DNA of 64,000 nucleotides. Origin: the human T2T-CHM13v2.0 reference genome, Homo sapiens. Under the pieces are notes generated by a model. It worked only from the letters and a program-made list of their open reading frames with translations, was not told where the DNA came from and made no database searches. Shown one piece after another: positions 28,831-43,213 of the stretch; positions within the stretch are counted from its first letter, which is position 1, and every line of letters begins with the position of its first letter. Both the position numbers and the translations under genes were made by a program. Location of the stretch: assembly GCF_009914755.1 (NCBI RefSeq), contig NC_060931.1, one strand, 5' to 3'.

Positions 28831-29469
28831 TCTTGTTGTTATTATGTTATTGGTACTGATCTTGGTAGTACGAAAACAAAAAGGACAATAATCAATACCT
28901 CAAGTAATGTGTTTACAGTATAGTTGAGGAGATAACTGCATAAAGGAACATTTAGCTTATCATATGTGTTTAAAAACATTATTAGATTTGATGGTAAAAT
29001 AACCAGTTTAGAATGCCTTCTTATTAGACAAATATATACTGTAAACATTGTGTTTAAATTATGCTTAAAGTCATAAAAAATTAGAATTAAAAGAAATCTT
29101 ACAGATCAGAGTATTCACTGTATTATTTAAAATGGGGAAATTGAGGCTCAGATGTTCAGAGAACAGCCCAGGATTACACGGCTATGCACTGACATGACCC
29201 AAAGCATAGTAAGTCTGATGTTCATTCCTGAGCTTTTTCCATTGGTTCATGCTGGCTTTACAAACTGAGAACAAGGAGGTCAGTGTGGATCAGAGTAGAG
29301 CTCTGGAGTACTTTTACAATTCAGCTGGGTGAGGGAGGAAAGGCATTTAGGAAGAAAATCATAAAGATAGGTATGCTACCGTCTCCTCTGTTAAAAAAAA
29401 AATTAGGACATCATTTGAGGGAAGCAGAGACTTTTCATGGAGAATGAGTGGTTACATAAGTTTCTACAC

Positions 29470-30290
29470 TCATGTAACAAATATTTACTAAACATTTTCT
29501 CTATAGTAAGCCTACTGTGTTCTGGGCATATAATATAAATTGGGGAACAAAAAGCTTTCTGAACTATAGAGAGCTTAAACTGTTGTAGAAGTAGCAAACA
29601 TAGCTTATAATTGTTATATATAAATAAAGTATATAGAAATGATATAGAATGTTAGAAGATGACAAGTGAAAATACCGTGAAAAAGAAAGGAGGAGAATAA
29701 GAGGGATTTGGAGTGTAGGTGGAGAGGGCCCTCAACAGTGCAAAACACATCAGCATAAACCTTATAACAAAGGTGATAAACCCATTTCAAACAGATGAGG
29801 GAGTTAGTTAAGTAGATATCTGGGGGAAAAACATTCCAGGCAGAGAGAAAAGCCAAAGCTAAGGCCCAAGGATAGGAGCCTGACTTAAGTGTTTGAAGTA
29901 CAGTAAAGAGTAAATGTTTCCTGAACAAAAGTGAATGACGAGAGAGTAGTAACAGAAGAAACATAATGCAGTGAACAGCGCATGTAAGGCTGAGCACACA
30001 AAAGTCCACCTTGAAAACGCTGACTTTCACTCTTCATGAAACTGGAAGCAACTAAAGTTTTGAGCATAGAAGTGACATAATCTGTTTCACATTGTAAAAG
30101 GTCATTCTGACTCTGTGCTAAAAGGTAGATTTTCAAATCCAGTAATAGAAACAGAGAGTTGCTAAATCCATTTGAGAGCTGATTGTGTGGTAGTAGAAGA
30201 AGAGTTGAAGTGCTGAGAAGTGGTTGGATTTGGAGTATAAGTTGAAGGCAATTTCCTGATGGACTGGATATACTGTCTAGGAGCTGTCAA
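29470..30290 (-). mobile_element. L2 LINE relic
   Basis: Begins with the reverse complement of the L2 3' end (aacaaatatttactaaac...), followed by motifs such as acattccaggcagag; boundaries approximate. Confidence 0.65.
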
Positions 30291-31335
30291 GGATTGCTCT
30301 TTCAAGAAAGTCAAGGATTGCTCTTCCAAGAAAGTGCAGTGTGAGGAGGTAAAGAAATTACATCAAGGAGAAGATCTGATACTATTAAGATGCCCGCCCT
30401 CCCCCCACAAAAAAAAAGAAGAATAATTACCCACTAGATGTAATAACATTCATAATGGCATTGATAAGATAAAACAGTTTCTATGCATTGGTAAAGGTGA
30501 AACCTGGATAAAGTGGTTTTAATTGAAAACGAGAATAAGCAAGATCAGAGTAATTAGAGACAGAGTACAACCATCTCATGTGAGACGTTGGGCATAAAAG
30601 AAATGAGTAGCAGGATGGGAAATTTAGGATGATTATTTTTCAGTTAAAGAGAGTGTATGTTTGACAATGGAATGATCCAATAGGTTATACAAAATTATGG
30701 AGTGCTTTTAATCTTTTCTGAATTGAGTACTGTTTAAAGGAAGTATGGATTTTTACCTCAAATTTAAAAACATTTTAAACTTACTTGTTTATCATAAACA
30801 ATTGTAGACACTGATAGATAATACTTGCTGACTTTTAAATCATCTTCCATTTTATATATTAATTTTGTGCACTCTAGTCTCTAAAAAATGACAGTCTGTC
30901 CTATTTCTCAGGAAAGGCATGGCAGCTGTCATTACCACTTCTCACAAATTGAAATGAAATGCACATAGCACACCAAAATGGAGAGTTCTGTTTTAAACTG
31001 CCACCCCCTAAAAGATACTGAACTGAAATCAGCAACTTCTAAAACTATCCTTGTCTCCAAGAAGGTTTCAAACTACTAATCATTGAATGTTTAAAATACT
31101 TGAAGTACAGGTAAATATTTCTCTGATATAGTTTCTGATAGAAAAAAAAAAGAAACAAAAACATATAGTTAGATTATGTCTTCGATTCATTATATATTGT
31201 TGTAATTAATAAGGGGCAAGTCAGGAAAGTGGAAATCACCCAGTTATTTCAACAGAGATAATTTAATAGAGAGAAATGGCTAAAAAGACATCGGCAGACT
31301 GAAAAGGCTCAAGAGGAACACTGGAGCACCACAGC

Positions 31336-31709
31336 TGTGAAGGTCTGAATGTTTCTCCCCACCACTCCCGCTCCCTGCCAAAAGTCATGTTGAAATCCTA
31401 ACCGCGGAGGTGAGAGTATTTGGAGATAAGACTTTGCAAGGTGATTAGGTATGGAGGACAAAACCCTCATGAGTGATGTTAGTGCCCTTATAAAAGAGAG
31501 CTCAGAGAGATCCCTTGAGCCTTCTGCCATGTGAGGACACAGTGAGAAGACAGGCATCAACGAGGAAGTGGTCCCTCACCAGACACTGAACCTGCCAGTG
31601 CCTTGATCTGGACTTCTCAACCTTCCTAACTGTGAGAAATAAGTATCTGTTGTTTATAAGCCACCCACTCTATGCTATCTTGTTATAGTAGCCCAAACAA
31701 ACCAAGACA
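31336..31709 (+). mobile_element. MLT1A-like MaLR LTR
   Basis: tgt...ctgaatgtt...catgttgaaatcctaacc...gccatgtgaggacacagtgagaag...ttgttatagtagcccaaac...aagaca. Confidence 0.82.
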
Positions 31710-34700
31710 GCAGGTAGCATAGTTACTGAAGGAACAAAGGGGAAGAGTTTGAACTATTAGAACATAGACATTTGGAGGAGGCCCCCTAGAGAACCGGTAC
31801 CCAGACTTCTGCATAGCTGATATGAATGTTGGCAGGGATGTAATTAACAGAGTGCACTATTTACAATTAAAGATTTAATGCCCAATATAAATGGAAGACG
31901 AGCCATTGGTAAAGAATATTCATAGAGACAATATTGTACACAATTAAGCATAATATATGACATGTATTGTATTTTACCATGAATAACATGTTAATGCTTC
32001 TATTGGTGTATTCTACAATTTGTATGGGTGATAGCACATAGTATGTACTATGTAAAACTAAGCCTATGTAGTAGTAGTATATATATTAGTGGGGAAAGGT
32101 GCCCCTGAGAAGTTGATGTTGCCCAGCTTGTGCTAATACCCTAAGAAATTGGAAGAGGGACCCTGAGGAGCTTAGATCAGACCTCTGAGTACAGGTGCCT
32201 GCCATGTGTGCTAATATATCTCAGAGTGTGGGAAAAATCTGGAAATGGTAACCAAATGCTACTGATACCATTTAGTAGGTGCATGGATTAAAGGACCATT
32301 TTTGTGGCAACACTGGAAAGAATAGGAAATGCAACAGGAACAAGTCCCTACTTTTTCCTCACGCCTTACAGTCTTCCTCCAGTACTTGTATCATAGAGTG
32401 TAATGCAGAGCCAGCTGGTAAAGGAGAAAGGTAGATTTCGGAGCCTCATACCCAGCATCACAAAGCAAAATATAAGAGAAGTGATGAACTGAGAGACAAT
32501 GGTTTGTTATTCAACTAAAATTGTCATATATGTGTTTGGTCCATTGATAGGTTAAAACTCTGTTGAATTGCCACTTTTGGTATTACACAAATTGATGACC
32601 CAAAAAAGATTTTAGGATCATTTGTGTGAATTCAGCACCTACCGTATATGTGGGAAATGTACTGAATAAACACAGAAAGATATGCTTTGTTCTCATTCTG
32701 ACATTTAAATAAACCTCACAAAGGCTTTCCTTTGTTTGCCAGAGAAAAATCAATGCAAAATTGTCAAATATATTACAATGGTCTTTGCCCTTCTCTTAGG
32801 AATTCTCACCTGACTTCTCTTGCTTTTGCTGCATTGCATAAACCCTGCATATGCACACTGTGCCTTAAACCATTCAATGTGCTGTCATTGATGTCATCTC
32901 ATCTGAGTCTTAAAAGAATTTTGAGAGGCAATGAGAAAAGGTACAGCTCTTCTAAGAGGGCAAACAAGGATATGTCAAGGACTGTCAAGGATATGGTAGA
33001 GAAGATTTTTTATTTGGGACAGATGACCTTTACAGTTCTTCCCCAACATTGAGCTTTAATAACTGGACTGACCATGGGTATGTCCTCATCATATTCTGTA
33101 CCAAAAATGAAAGTAATTATGGCATCTTCCTAGAGGAGATTGTTACTTTTACCTTCACACTAGTATGGTTGCAAGCATATGTCACCTTTGATATCACACA
33201 ACTCTGGTACCCTATATAGAGAATCACAAGAAAAGAAAATACTTGTGCTTGTTTACCCCCATATCCACATTTCTGCTTCATTAAAAATCCAGAAAGGTCA
33301 GAAAGCCTAAACTCACCTGGCTTCACTCTCCATTTGTCTCCAGGCATGGCTTTTTGATGCCCTGACAGTAGCCCAAGAAAACAGAATATTTTCAAGAAAC
33401 TCAGCAGGAGTGACCTTCAGTTGTTGCCTCATTGGCATATATTTCTTGGTAACCAGGGAAAGCTCTCCATGACACCCTCCAGGTCCCCAAAATATACTGA
33501 ATGCATGATGCCAGAAACATTCACATTAGAGCACTATTTCTTTCTATGGTGATAATGGGGGTTTTGACCTCTGTTGACATGCAAATATTTCTGAAAGAAG
33601 TTCCACATCTTCTTCCCTGAGATCCAATTTTGATGTGAATATTGTATAAGAAGTGATCAGGAGGAAGAGGCTACTTAAAAGAGAGGCAAATAAGATAGCC
33701 TGAATGGAAACAAATATAACTGTTTTTGCAAAGGCCAGTGCCTGCCCATAAATGTACTTTTTCAGAACAATTGTCAAGTTTCTTTTCATCCACCAGGGTT
33801 GAGGTGCTTCCTCAAAGACACTCTTGTGTAGTCAAGGCTCACCTTTATTTCCCTTATTGAACTCTGCTCGTTTCCTTTAACATCTATTTTAATACTGTGC
33901 AATGGTATTATATTTTTCTGTGTTTCCTTTTTAACTCTAGCACTAATATAAACTTTTTGAAAATTAGGCTTCCACATCCCTCATTTGTCATTGTTTTGCA
34001 AGATCCTAGCCCAGTGCCTGGCACAGATATATGTGCTTAATGCACTTGGCTAGATGGATGAACAAATGAATGAATAAATGGTATGAATAAGTTTCATATG
34101 CTTTTTAGTCCACCCAGATTCCAATGTACCATATTTATCAGAAATGATATAATAAATTATTAAACTTTAATTCAAAGGTTTATATTCTTATTGATGTTTT
34201 TATTATCAGTAATTCAATTAGTAGGACATAGTGGGATATTTTATTGATTTTTAAGGGATTTAATAATTTCACATTAAATCAGCAATAACAAAAACAATTT
34301 ATATGCTTTTCATGTCCTTAAGAAGTAATAAAAACACTCAGCTAAATGACAATTTAATAAGGTGAAGTTTCATTTGCAAATCTCTCGTTTCTTTGAGTTC
34401 ACTCTGACATTGTCTTCTGTTTCCCTGTTTCCCCAGTGACTTCTTATCTTTAGTTTAAAATGGAAAAGTGATTAAACATGTCAAAACAAATAACTCTACA
34501 TTTTAGGTTTTCAAGTAAATTAAAATTTCATGGACCTCTTAAAAACAGACATATGGAAATATCTAATAATAACTACATGAACTGCTAATGGAGTAAGTTT
34601 CCACCAAGCTTAAAAAACACCTTTAATGTTTTTATAAAGCCATTTTGAATGATAGCTGAAAAAAATTAAGTTCAACTCATTCCTAATAATGCTATTTATG

Positions 34701-35089
34701 ATAATAGTTCTTCAGTGACTTTATTCTGCACCATGGATTACATGCACAAAAGGAACACATATCGACTGTATTTGTGAAAAGGAACTACTTTTTTCACACT
34801 GCTAAGTTAAATCCCATCTTATTCAGCTGACCTGCGATTCAGCACAATTAACCTGTTCATTAGTTGCAAGTAAAATGGGACATCAAGTGATGGTTTAATG
34901 CAAGCATTACCACATCTGAAAAATAAATGTAGGTGTTTGTGTCTCAGAGTGATTTTTCTTCAATATCAAAAAGCACTGGAAACGCCTAAATCTAAAGCAA
35001 AACCTGAATGATGGAGTTTTCTGTCTCTATCATTTTCCCTTCCTATATGTGCCAGAATGAATTACGTTCTTGTTGAGCAACTACTAGAG

Positions 35090-35605
35090 GCCATGCACCA
35101 AGCAATACACTTAGAAGATAAGGAGAGGAATAAAACAGGCTCCCTGAGCAGAAAGAATTTATTCTCTAAAGGAGAAAACAGATCTCAAACAAAAAATTAC
35201 AATACAGTGTAATAAAATCCATAAAACTGATGTATAAAAGTTGTTTTATGTATAAAGGAAAGAGTAACTTGCTTCCCTGAGGATTCAGTGGTTATTTGAC
35301 AGAGGAAGTAACATTTGATCTGAGACATAAGGGAAAGGTCAGGGTTCTTGATTTGGGCAAGAGGATGAGTCAGTCTAAACAGGCAAAGGGAACAGCATTG
35401 ACAAGGTATGAAACTGCACAACATCTTCGGGCAATTTTAGAGGTTTCTGAAGCATGTGGGCCATAAGGAAAAAGAGCAGAAAGGGCTTACATGAATTCAA
35501 ATTGGGAAGTCATGTGTATCTTTTAGGGGATTCAGATTTTATTCTATCGAGATCTATTAGAAGTATATAGGTAAGAGAATCATATGATCGAATTTGCATT
35601 TCAGA
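35090..35605 (-). mobile_element. L2 relic
   Basis: Diverged L2-like motifs (gcttccctgagga, aggcaaagggaacagcat, catatgatcgaatttgcattt); boundaries approximate. Confidence 0.5.
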
Positions 35606-38600
35606 AATACGATTATTCTGGCATTCTTAACTTTTATGTTTTTAATTTTTAAAAGATAATATGCATTATTAACATATCTACACCTGAGATTAGAGTTGAA
35701 CTAAAATAAAATTAGGTGAATCATGTATTTGGAAAGTCAGATATACCTATTTATCTTTGATGTTCAGATATTGTTTGATTTGGATGCAATCTTTTAAGAA
35801 ATAACTTTTTAAAACATATAACCAACTCTATTCATTTTTAAACACAGATTAAATGCATCAGTCTTCATATTAATATTTTAAATATGCGGAACAAGGTAAA
35901 GTAGTCTCATCTCGTTTTAGTCAACCATATGTTCTGAAGGCCAGAATCACTGCATGGTCTACAAATAATTTTTCCATACTTATGAATTCTCTTATGTAAT
36001 ATGACTTACCCAGGTGTACAAATAAATTCCAATTAATGATGTATCTAATAGACTGTCATCATTTTGAGTCATCTAACCCTATGGTCACGCCTACCAACTC
36101 ACAATATGTGAGGAGGGCATATCACTGCCTCCGAAACTGATAAATCTTCAAATAAAGTGCAGAAACCTTAATTAAGAAATTGGTATATCTATTACTTCTC
36201 TATGAATCATACTTTTTTATATGATATGAATCAAAGTTTTTTTTTGGTACAAAAGTTGCAAAACAGAAGTGACATAAATTATCCAATGGTTTTGGTTACC
36301 TGGTTGAGAAAATATAATTGGTAAGAACCTAGAAACATAAAAGGTTTGCTTGGATAAGTTTAATATTATTTTTAACTATGCAGCCACTGAACCACTGTGA
36401 CTGACAAATTGGTTTGTCAATATCACAAGCAATTGCAAAGCGAGATAGCTGTTTTCTTAAATGCTATCATAAAACTAGGAAGTGTTTCCAGGATAATTTC
36501 AGTTGATGTAAAAATAAATATTCAATATACAGAACCATACGTGATGTTAGTGGATGCTTATCAATTATTATATCCAGGCCATTTATTTCATTTATGTTCA
36601 TATTCTCAGGAACCAAATTTGTTTATCAAATTATGGAAATATGGAATAAAATGCCCCAGTTAACCTCTGGCTCAGAGGATAATAATGTTGCTGGGAGTTT
36701 ATAATTGCAGAAGTTTTATCCAGATTACAAACCAGATTGCTAGGTGCCTCTGTCACTGTCAAGATTTTATTTTTTATTATTATAGGTTTATTTTAATTAC
36801 AACCCCCTCCTTTTATTAATTAAGCATATGTTTATTAAACACTAGCAGCTTTATTGCATACAATATGCCCATTATAGGAAATTTAGATATTTCAAACCCT
36901 AATAGAGTTCAGCATTTAATAAACAAGATATAAAATTGTAATATGATGTGTTAAGTACTGTCTGCATATGTATGCATTTAGAGGCAACTAAATCTTAAAG
37001 GGGAGATTGTTTACTTATTTTTATTGTTGTTGAGGATGTAATATTTAAGCTAAAATATGCAGAGGCATAAAGGAATTAAAGATGAAAAGTAATGCCATCA
37101 ATAGACACAGAATGCTCAAATGCACAGAGATAATTTCATACTCAGAAGCCTAAGAGAAGAAAGAAGCAATGAATCTGCTGAGTAACTAGAGAGGCTGATC
37201 CTAAAGACTTTTTCTTGCTTACTAAATAAATTTGGATTATTTCCTAAAAGTACTGGGAAACTATTGAAATATTTTGGAAATAACTTAGATTTTTAGCTGC
37301 GACATTAGACATGGCCAGAAAGGGACATTCAAGAGACAGTGAACAGGTAAGTGTGAAAGAACGTAGTGACCAGTTGCAAGGGGTGGGTAAGCAAGTAAAG
37401 AGGAGATAATGAGGTCTCCCTAGTTTAAGACTTGGGTAACTTGGTAAGTGATGTTGATGATAATATTAGAGATACAAAGTATAGAAAAAGAAATCTCTAT
37501 GGGGATGATGAATTCTGCTTAAGACATGCAATATATGAAGTACCAGTTGCATAGCGCAACTCAGATTTGCTATAACCATAATTTGGAGAATGTGGGATAA
37601 GGATAAGTGAGCCTCCTCCTGTGAGGCTGTTTTATATCCTGGGTACTGTTGTTCAGCTGGCCTATCTTTTGAGCACATATGTGTATATTAACATATAGAT
37701 ATGTTTATGTGTAATTAAGGAATATGTATCTGTTTATAACTATATACTTGGAGCCAAGTATACTGGCTGGCACTCAGCAGGAACTCAATACCAATATGCT
37801 GAATGTATGTGGGGATCCACCCAGTGGTTTTCCCTAAGAAGGATTTTGCTGACTGTCTTGGTACAAGTTCTCTTGCTTTGATTCCAACTTAAAAGAAAAG
37901 AGCTGACTCATCATTCAGTATTCTCTCTCTCATAGGGTACGCTGGCATCTTCACTGAAGTATCTGCTAATCTCTTTACTAGAACCTCTGTTCACAGTTTG
38001 AAGAGGTTAATTTTGCTTCACTCAAAATTGAAATATTTTCCTGTGAATCTATCCATTCTAGCATGTCCTTTCTTACCTGTGATGGTATAGATTTTATCCC
38101 AGGAGAACCTTACAAGTTTATGTGATGAGCATTCATTCCAGGAACTCTAATGCTGTTTCCATTTTTATGACCAATATGCTTTGACCTCCTTTCTGTTCCA
38201 GAACAAAAGGAGAGCACAGAAAGGGTGGATATTTTATCATAATACTTCTTCAAGGCCTTGAAATTGCATATTGCCTCCTATATGCTACCAAGGCCTATGC
38301 TATGAATGGAATCTTTACTCTTAAACAGATCAACAACAAAAACCATACCCAGTGTCTTGTACCCTTAAGGCAAAAGGCATCCTGGGCAATCCCTCAACTC
38401 ACTTTTTGCACACTCACAAATATTCTATCTCTCAGTACTAAAGATTTATCAATATTCAACTCTGGGACATGTGGGAACACCCATTTATAGATGGTCTACT
38501 AAATGGTCCACCAGTATTCTTATTTAGCTTAGTGTTTATGTGACTCCATATATCACTGCTTAAAATTTAATCTTTAGGTTATCTGCAGAGCACATTTAGT

Positions 38601-41459
38601 AAAAGAAAAATAGCAATTTGTCTTTTAACTATTATTATGAATAATGTTGTACAGTACAAAATTAAAAAAAGACTGTTTTCATAAGCTAATAGTTGTTCTT
38701 CCCTCTGATCTGTTAATAATTAGTCAATCCATCATTAATGGCAAAGGCAATTCAGCATTCCTCCATGTGTTGCACATGGGTGTAGACAGGTATTAACTTA
38801 GAAATTGAAAATGTCTTCTGTGGATCTAATTATGCTGAAAATATTTGTTTATAATAGTCCTTTTACACAGTATTTACTGCCCACTTTATTTTCTTTGTTC
38901 CCACCCAGAAATCAAACCACAGAATTTAGGTTGGATAGCATGTTAGGTTTGGGAGCTGTTGTAGTAGTTAACCAGCACCCTCAAAGCATTACTCAGTTTC
39001 AGCACATCTAGAAGCATAAGCATCGGTAATTTTGGCTAATGTATGTCAGCTGAACTAAGTAAGCATAAAAACATGTCTGACATTTAGGAAAAGAAGAGCC
39101 ACCCACTCTCTTACTTAAGTATATATATTAATAATGTTTCTCAGCAATCATGTTACACATGCACAGTGACTTCTAGCAATGGAGCTTTGCTTCTCGCTCT
39201 TGGGTTTTCACGTCGGCTGGGGTTGTGTTCATGTCTGCTCCATGTGCACTTCATCCTGGACCAGCAGCTTCTCCAGGAGTGCTCTTCTCGTGGCGATGAT
39301 AAACATGCAGTGCCCTAGGCCAAATCTCACAAGTGTGAGCCTCTGTCATGAAAACTAGGAAAGGGTGAAGGAAAGCCAGGGAAATGAAATTCAGGCTGTA
39401 GAAGCATCACATCCCAGGCTGTTATATCTGCAAGAACACAGAAAGTTAAGGAGAGTCTCAGTGTAGTTGATGGTGGCAAGAACCAGAAGACAGAGGACAA
39501 TGAGTCTCATGTCAGAAAACTCAGAAAGGAATGGATGGCTAGGCTGTGCATAAAAGAAGAACAACAACAATATCTTAACTGTTATCTCCTTAAAAGGTCT
39601 GAAAAATTGGAAACCAGTCTATTAAACAGAAATAAATAATAACACAGCACCAATTACTAGTAACTTAAAAGATGTGGCATATCTTTTTAGTATGCTATTT
39701 TTAATTGTTTCAGTGAATTTAAAATATTTATAACTACTTTAATGAGTTTTATTATTCTTTTCTTCAAGTTACTTACCCAATTTCTCCTTCTAAATGGTTC
39801 CTTAATCTCCTATCTCCTATGGTTTGGGAACAACTACAACCTTAGGAAATCCTCTTTATTATTCTGACATAAAATTCTTTAGGTCTTATTTTGCCATGCA
39901 ATTTTTATATGGCTATCTTATTATTCCAATTAAAATTTAACTTTAAGTCAGGCAATGTGTGACATCCTCTATGGTATCTAGAAGAGAGCTCACAAGTTAG
40001 GTGTGAAGAAATTTCTATAAATAAGTATGTACCATATCAATGAAATTCATGAGTTCTGGGATTTGTAAATTGGACATCTCAAATGGAAGAACAGAGTAGA
40101 TGGCTCACACCCCCTTTTCCCATTTTCTACATTTTCTGTTTTTGAACAAAATCATCTTAGTTTTTCCCAGCATCAGACATTCACTTGTATAAGATTGAAT
40201 TTACAAAAAAATGAGATTCATTCGAAAACTCAGGATAAAGCAAAATTCAAGGAGAAAATGAAAATCTGTTCTACCATAAATCCCTCCACAACTAGAGAGA
40301 TACATATTGACTTTTTTGGTAGCAGAGACTTACGTGACAGGTGTTTATGCCTGAACTGTTCCACAGATAAATGGAAGACTTTATTCTCAAGTGATCCTGG
40401 CATACTCATGTGGAAAAAGCAAAAACATAATTGAAAGAACGTTATTTCATTCTCCTATTTTGGTAAGTTAAGAAACAAAGGGAACTGTTTGTAACTATTT
40501 CTTATATTTTGAAAGCCAGGTGTGACAGTTGACATTATTTACTAGGACTGAGTTTATAAAGCAGACCCAATAGAGGCTGCTTATTCATTGTGAGACATCA
40601 TGCCTGCAGCTGCCTCCAGGTAAATGGTGACTTGTCTTACAATGCATAAACCAAGTAGTTAGGCTCTGCGCCAAGCAGGACTTGAAAAGACTTATAGAAA
40701 GCACATGGTTCCCATTCAGATGTGCTTTTATTTTTTAAAAAGTACTAAAATAATTATTGCATTTATTCTTTTTATGTTTTATTTTTAATTGACACATAAC
40801 AATTGTACATATTTATGGAGTACACTGTGAACCATAAGAGATAGTTAACATAAGGAGGAATACATTTAAATAAATGCAATATTTAGGTCTCATGGATTTT
40901 TAGAATTGTAAGCGAAATTTAAGGTTGCTTAGGTAACACTCTTCATTTTAAATATTAGACTGTGGAAGTCAAGAGGGATTAAGAGGTTAGTTTTTCTCAG
41001 TTTAAACTTTATTCCCTTCCCCTTGTTGCAGATTCTAAATATGCGCTTTTCAAATTGAGGGGCGACCACATCAACTGGCTACAATTGTCCCCTCTGTGAT
41101 TTTTGTTGTGTTTTAATGCTCCAGGCTGGATCTCTTCTGCTACTTTAAAGATTTCAAATGAGACCCAATGCTTGAGAAGAAAATTTGATGTTTTAGAAAT
41201 CATTTTCATTTCTTTTGATGGGAAAATAATTTCTTTATACACTTAATTTCATTACCTGAAACACTTGTCAAAGAATGACTGAATCTTATAAGACAATTAC
41301 TTGACTTAGTTGTTTCAAGGAAATCTATTGAGTTGGAATATCAATCTACATATTATTTGAAAGCTTGAACAAGAGATCCTGATATAGATCCCTATTTAAA
41401 AAGTACTGGTTAAGTCCAACATCCTTTTATCAAAACAGTGGGATTTAAAATCCAAAGTA

Positions 41460-42849
41460 TTTTTTGATTTTTTTTTCTTTATGGCCATTCTTGCAGGAGT
41501 AAGGGGGTATTGCATTGTGGTTTTGATTTGTACTTCCCTGATCATTAGTGACATTGAGCATTTTTTCACATATTTGTTGGCCATTTGTATATTTTCTTTT
41601 GAGAATTGTCTCTTCATGTCCTTATTCTACTTTTTGATGGGATTGTTGGTTTTTTTTTCTGGCTAATTTGTTTGACTTCCTTGTAAAGTCTGGATATTAG
41701 TCCTTTGTCAGATGTATAGATTGTGAAGATTTTCTCCCAGTCTGTGGGTTGTCTGTTTACTCTGCTGACTGTTCCCTTTGCTGTGCAGATAAGTCCCATC
41801 TATTTATCTTTGTTTCTGTTGCATTTGCTTTTGGGTTCTTGGCCATGAAATCTGTGCCTAAGCCAATGTCTGGAAGGGTTTTTCTGATGTTATCTTATAG
41901 AATTTTTATAGTTGCAGGTTTTAGATTTAAGTCCTTGATCCATCTTGGATCGATTTTTGTATAAGGTTCAGTTTCATTCTTCTGTATGTGGCTTGCCAGT
42001 TATCCAGCACCATTTGTTGAATAGGGTGTCCTTTCCCAACTTGATGTTTTTGTTTGCTTTGTTGAAGATCAGTTGGCTTTAAGCATTTGGGTTTATTTCT
42101 GAGTTCTCTGTTTTGTTCCACTGGTCTGCATGCCTATTTTATACCAGTACCATGCTGTTTAAAAAAATCCAAAAATAATAGATGTTGACATGGATGTGGT
42201 GAAAAGGGAACGCTTCTACACTGCTGGTGGGAATGTAAACTAGTACAACCACTATGGAAAACAGTGTGGAGATTCTTTAAAGAACTAAAAGTAGAACTAC
42301 CCTTTGATCCAGCAGTCCTACTACTGGGTATCTACCCAGAGGAAAAGAAGTCATTACATGAAAAAGATACTTGGACACAAAAGTTTATAGCAACAAAATT
42401 CACAGTTGCAAAAATATGGAACCAGCCCAAATGACCATCAATCAATGAGTGTGTAAAGAAATTATGAGATAGATAGATAGATAGATAGGTATGGAATATA
42501 CACTCAACCATGAAAAGGAATTAATTAATGGCACTCACAGCTATCTGAATGGAACTGGAGACTATTATTCTAAGTGAAGTATACAAGGAATGGAAAACCA
42601 AACATCATATGTTCTCACTCATAAGTTGGAGCTAAGCTATGAGGATACAAAGGCATAAGAATGATACAATGGACTTTGGGGACTCCGGAGGAAGGATGGG
42701 AGGCGGGTGAGGGATCAAAGACTACAAATTGAGTTCAGTGTATACCGCTCGGGTGATGGGTGCACCAAAATCTCACAAATCACCACGAAAGAACTTACTC
42801 ATGTACCAAATACCAGCTGTTCCCCAAAAACCTGTGGAAATAAAAAATG
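41460..42849. mobile_element. L1PB1-like LINE with 5' inversion (twin priming)
   Basis: 41460-42160 is antisense ORF2 3' region; 42161-42849 is the sense continuation with an L1PB-type 3'UTR (ctaagctatgaggatacaaaggcataagaatgatacaatggac); the A tail continues after LTR7 to ~43233. Confidence 0.88.
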
Positions 42850-42854
42850 TTAAG

Positions 42855-43213
42855 TTTCTTGTGCGTCCGTGTGAAGAGACCACCAAACAGGCTTTGTGTG
42901 AGCAATAAAGCTGTTTATTTCACCTGGGTGCAGGCGGGCTGAGTCTGAAAAGAGAGTTAGTGAAGGGAGATAGGGGTGGGGCCATTTTGTAGGATTTGGG
43001 TAGGTAAAGGAAAATTACAGTCAAAGGGGGGTTTCTCTGGTGGGCAGAGTGGGGGTCACAAGGTACTCAGTAGGGGAGCTTTTGAGCCAGGATGAGCCAG
43101 AAGTAGGAATTTCACAAGACAATGTCATCAATTAAGACAGGAACGGCCATCTGGATGTGTACATGCAGGTCACAGGGGATATGATGGCTTAGCTTGGGCT
43201 CAGAGGCCTGACA
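42855..43213 (-). mobile_element. LTR7-family (HERV-H) solo LTR
   Basis: Minus strand reads TGTCAGGCCTCTGAGCCCAAGCTAAGCCATCATATCCCCTGTGACC...CTTCACACGGACGCACAAGAAA; perfect 5-bp TSD ttaag at 42850-42854 and 43214-43218. Confidence 0.95.

Noticed and set aside
31200-32500. Older LTR-like sequence flanking the MLT1A element
   Set aside because: It looks repeat-derived, but I cannot assign a family or boundaries reliably.
27090-40630. AG|GTAA motifs near 27098, 35569, 37345 and 40619 as recursive splice sites
   Set aside because: None has a convincing polypyrimidine tract directly upstream; my scan was by eye and not exhaustive.
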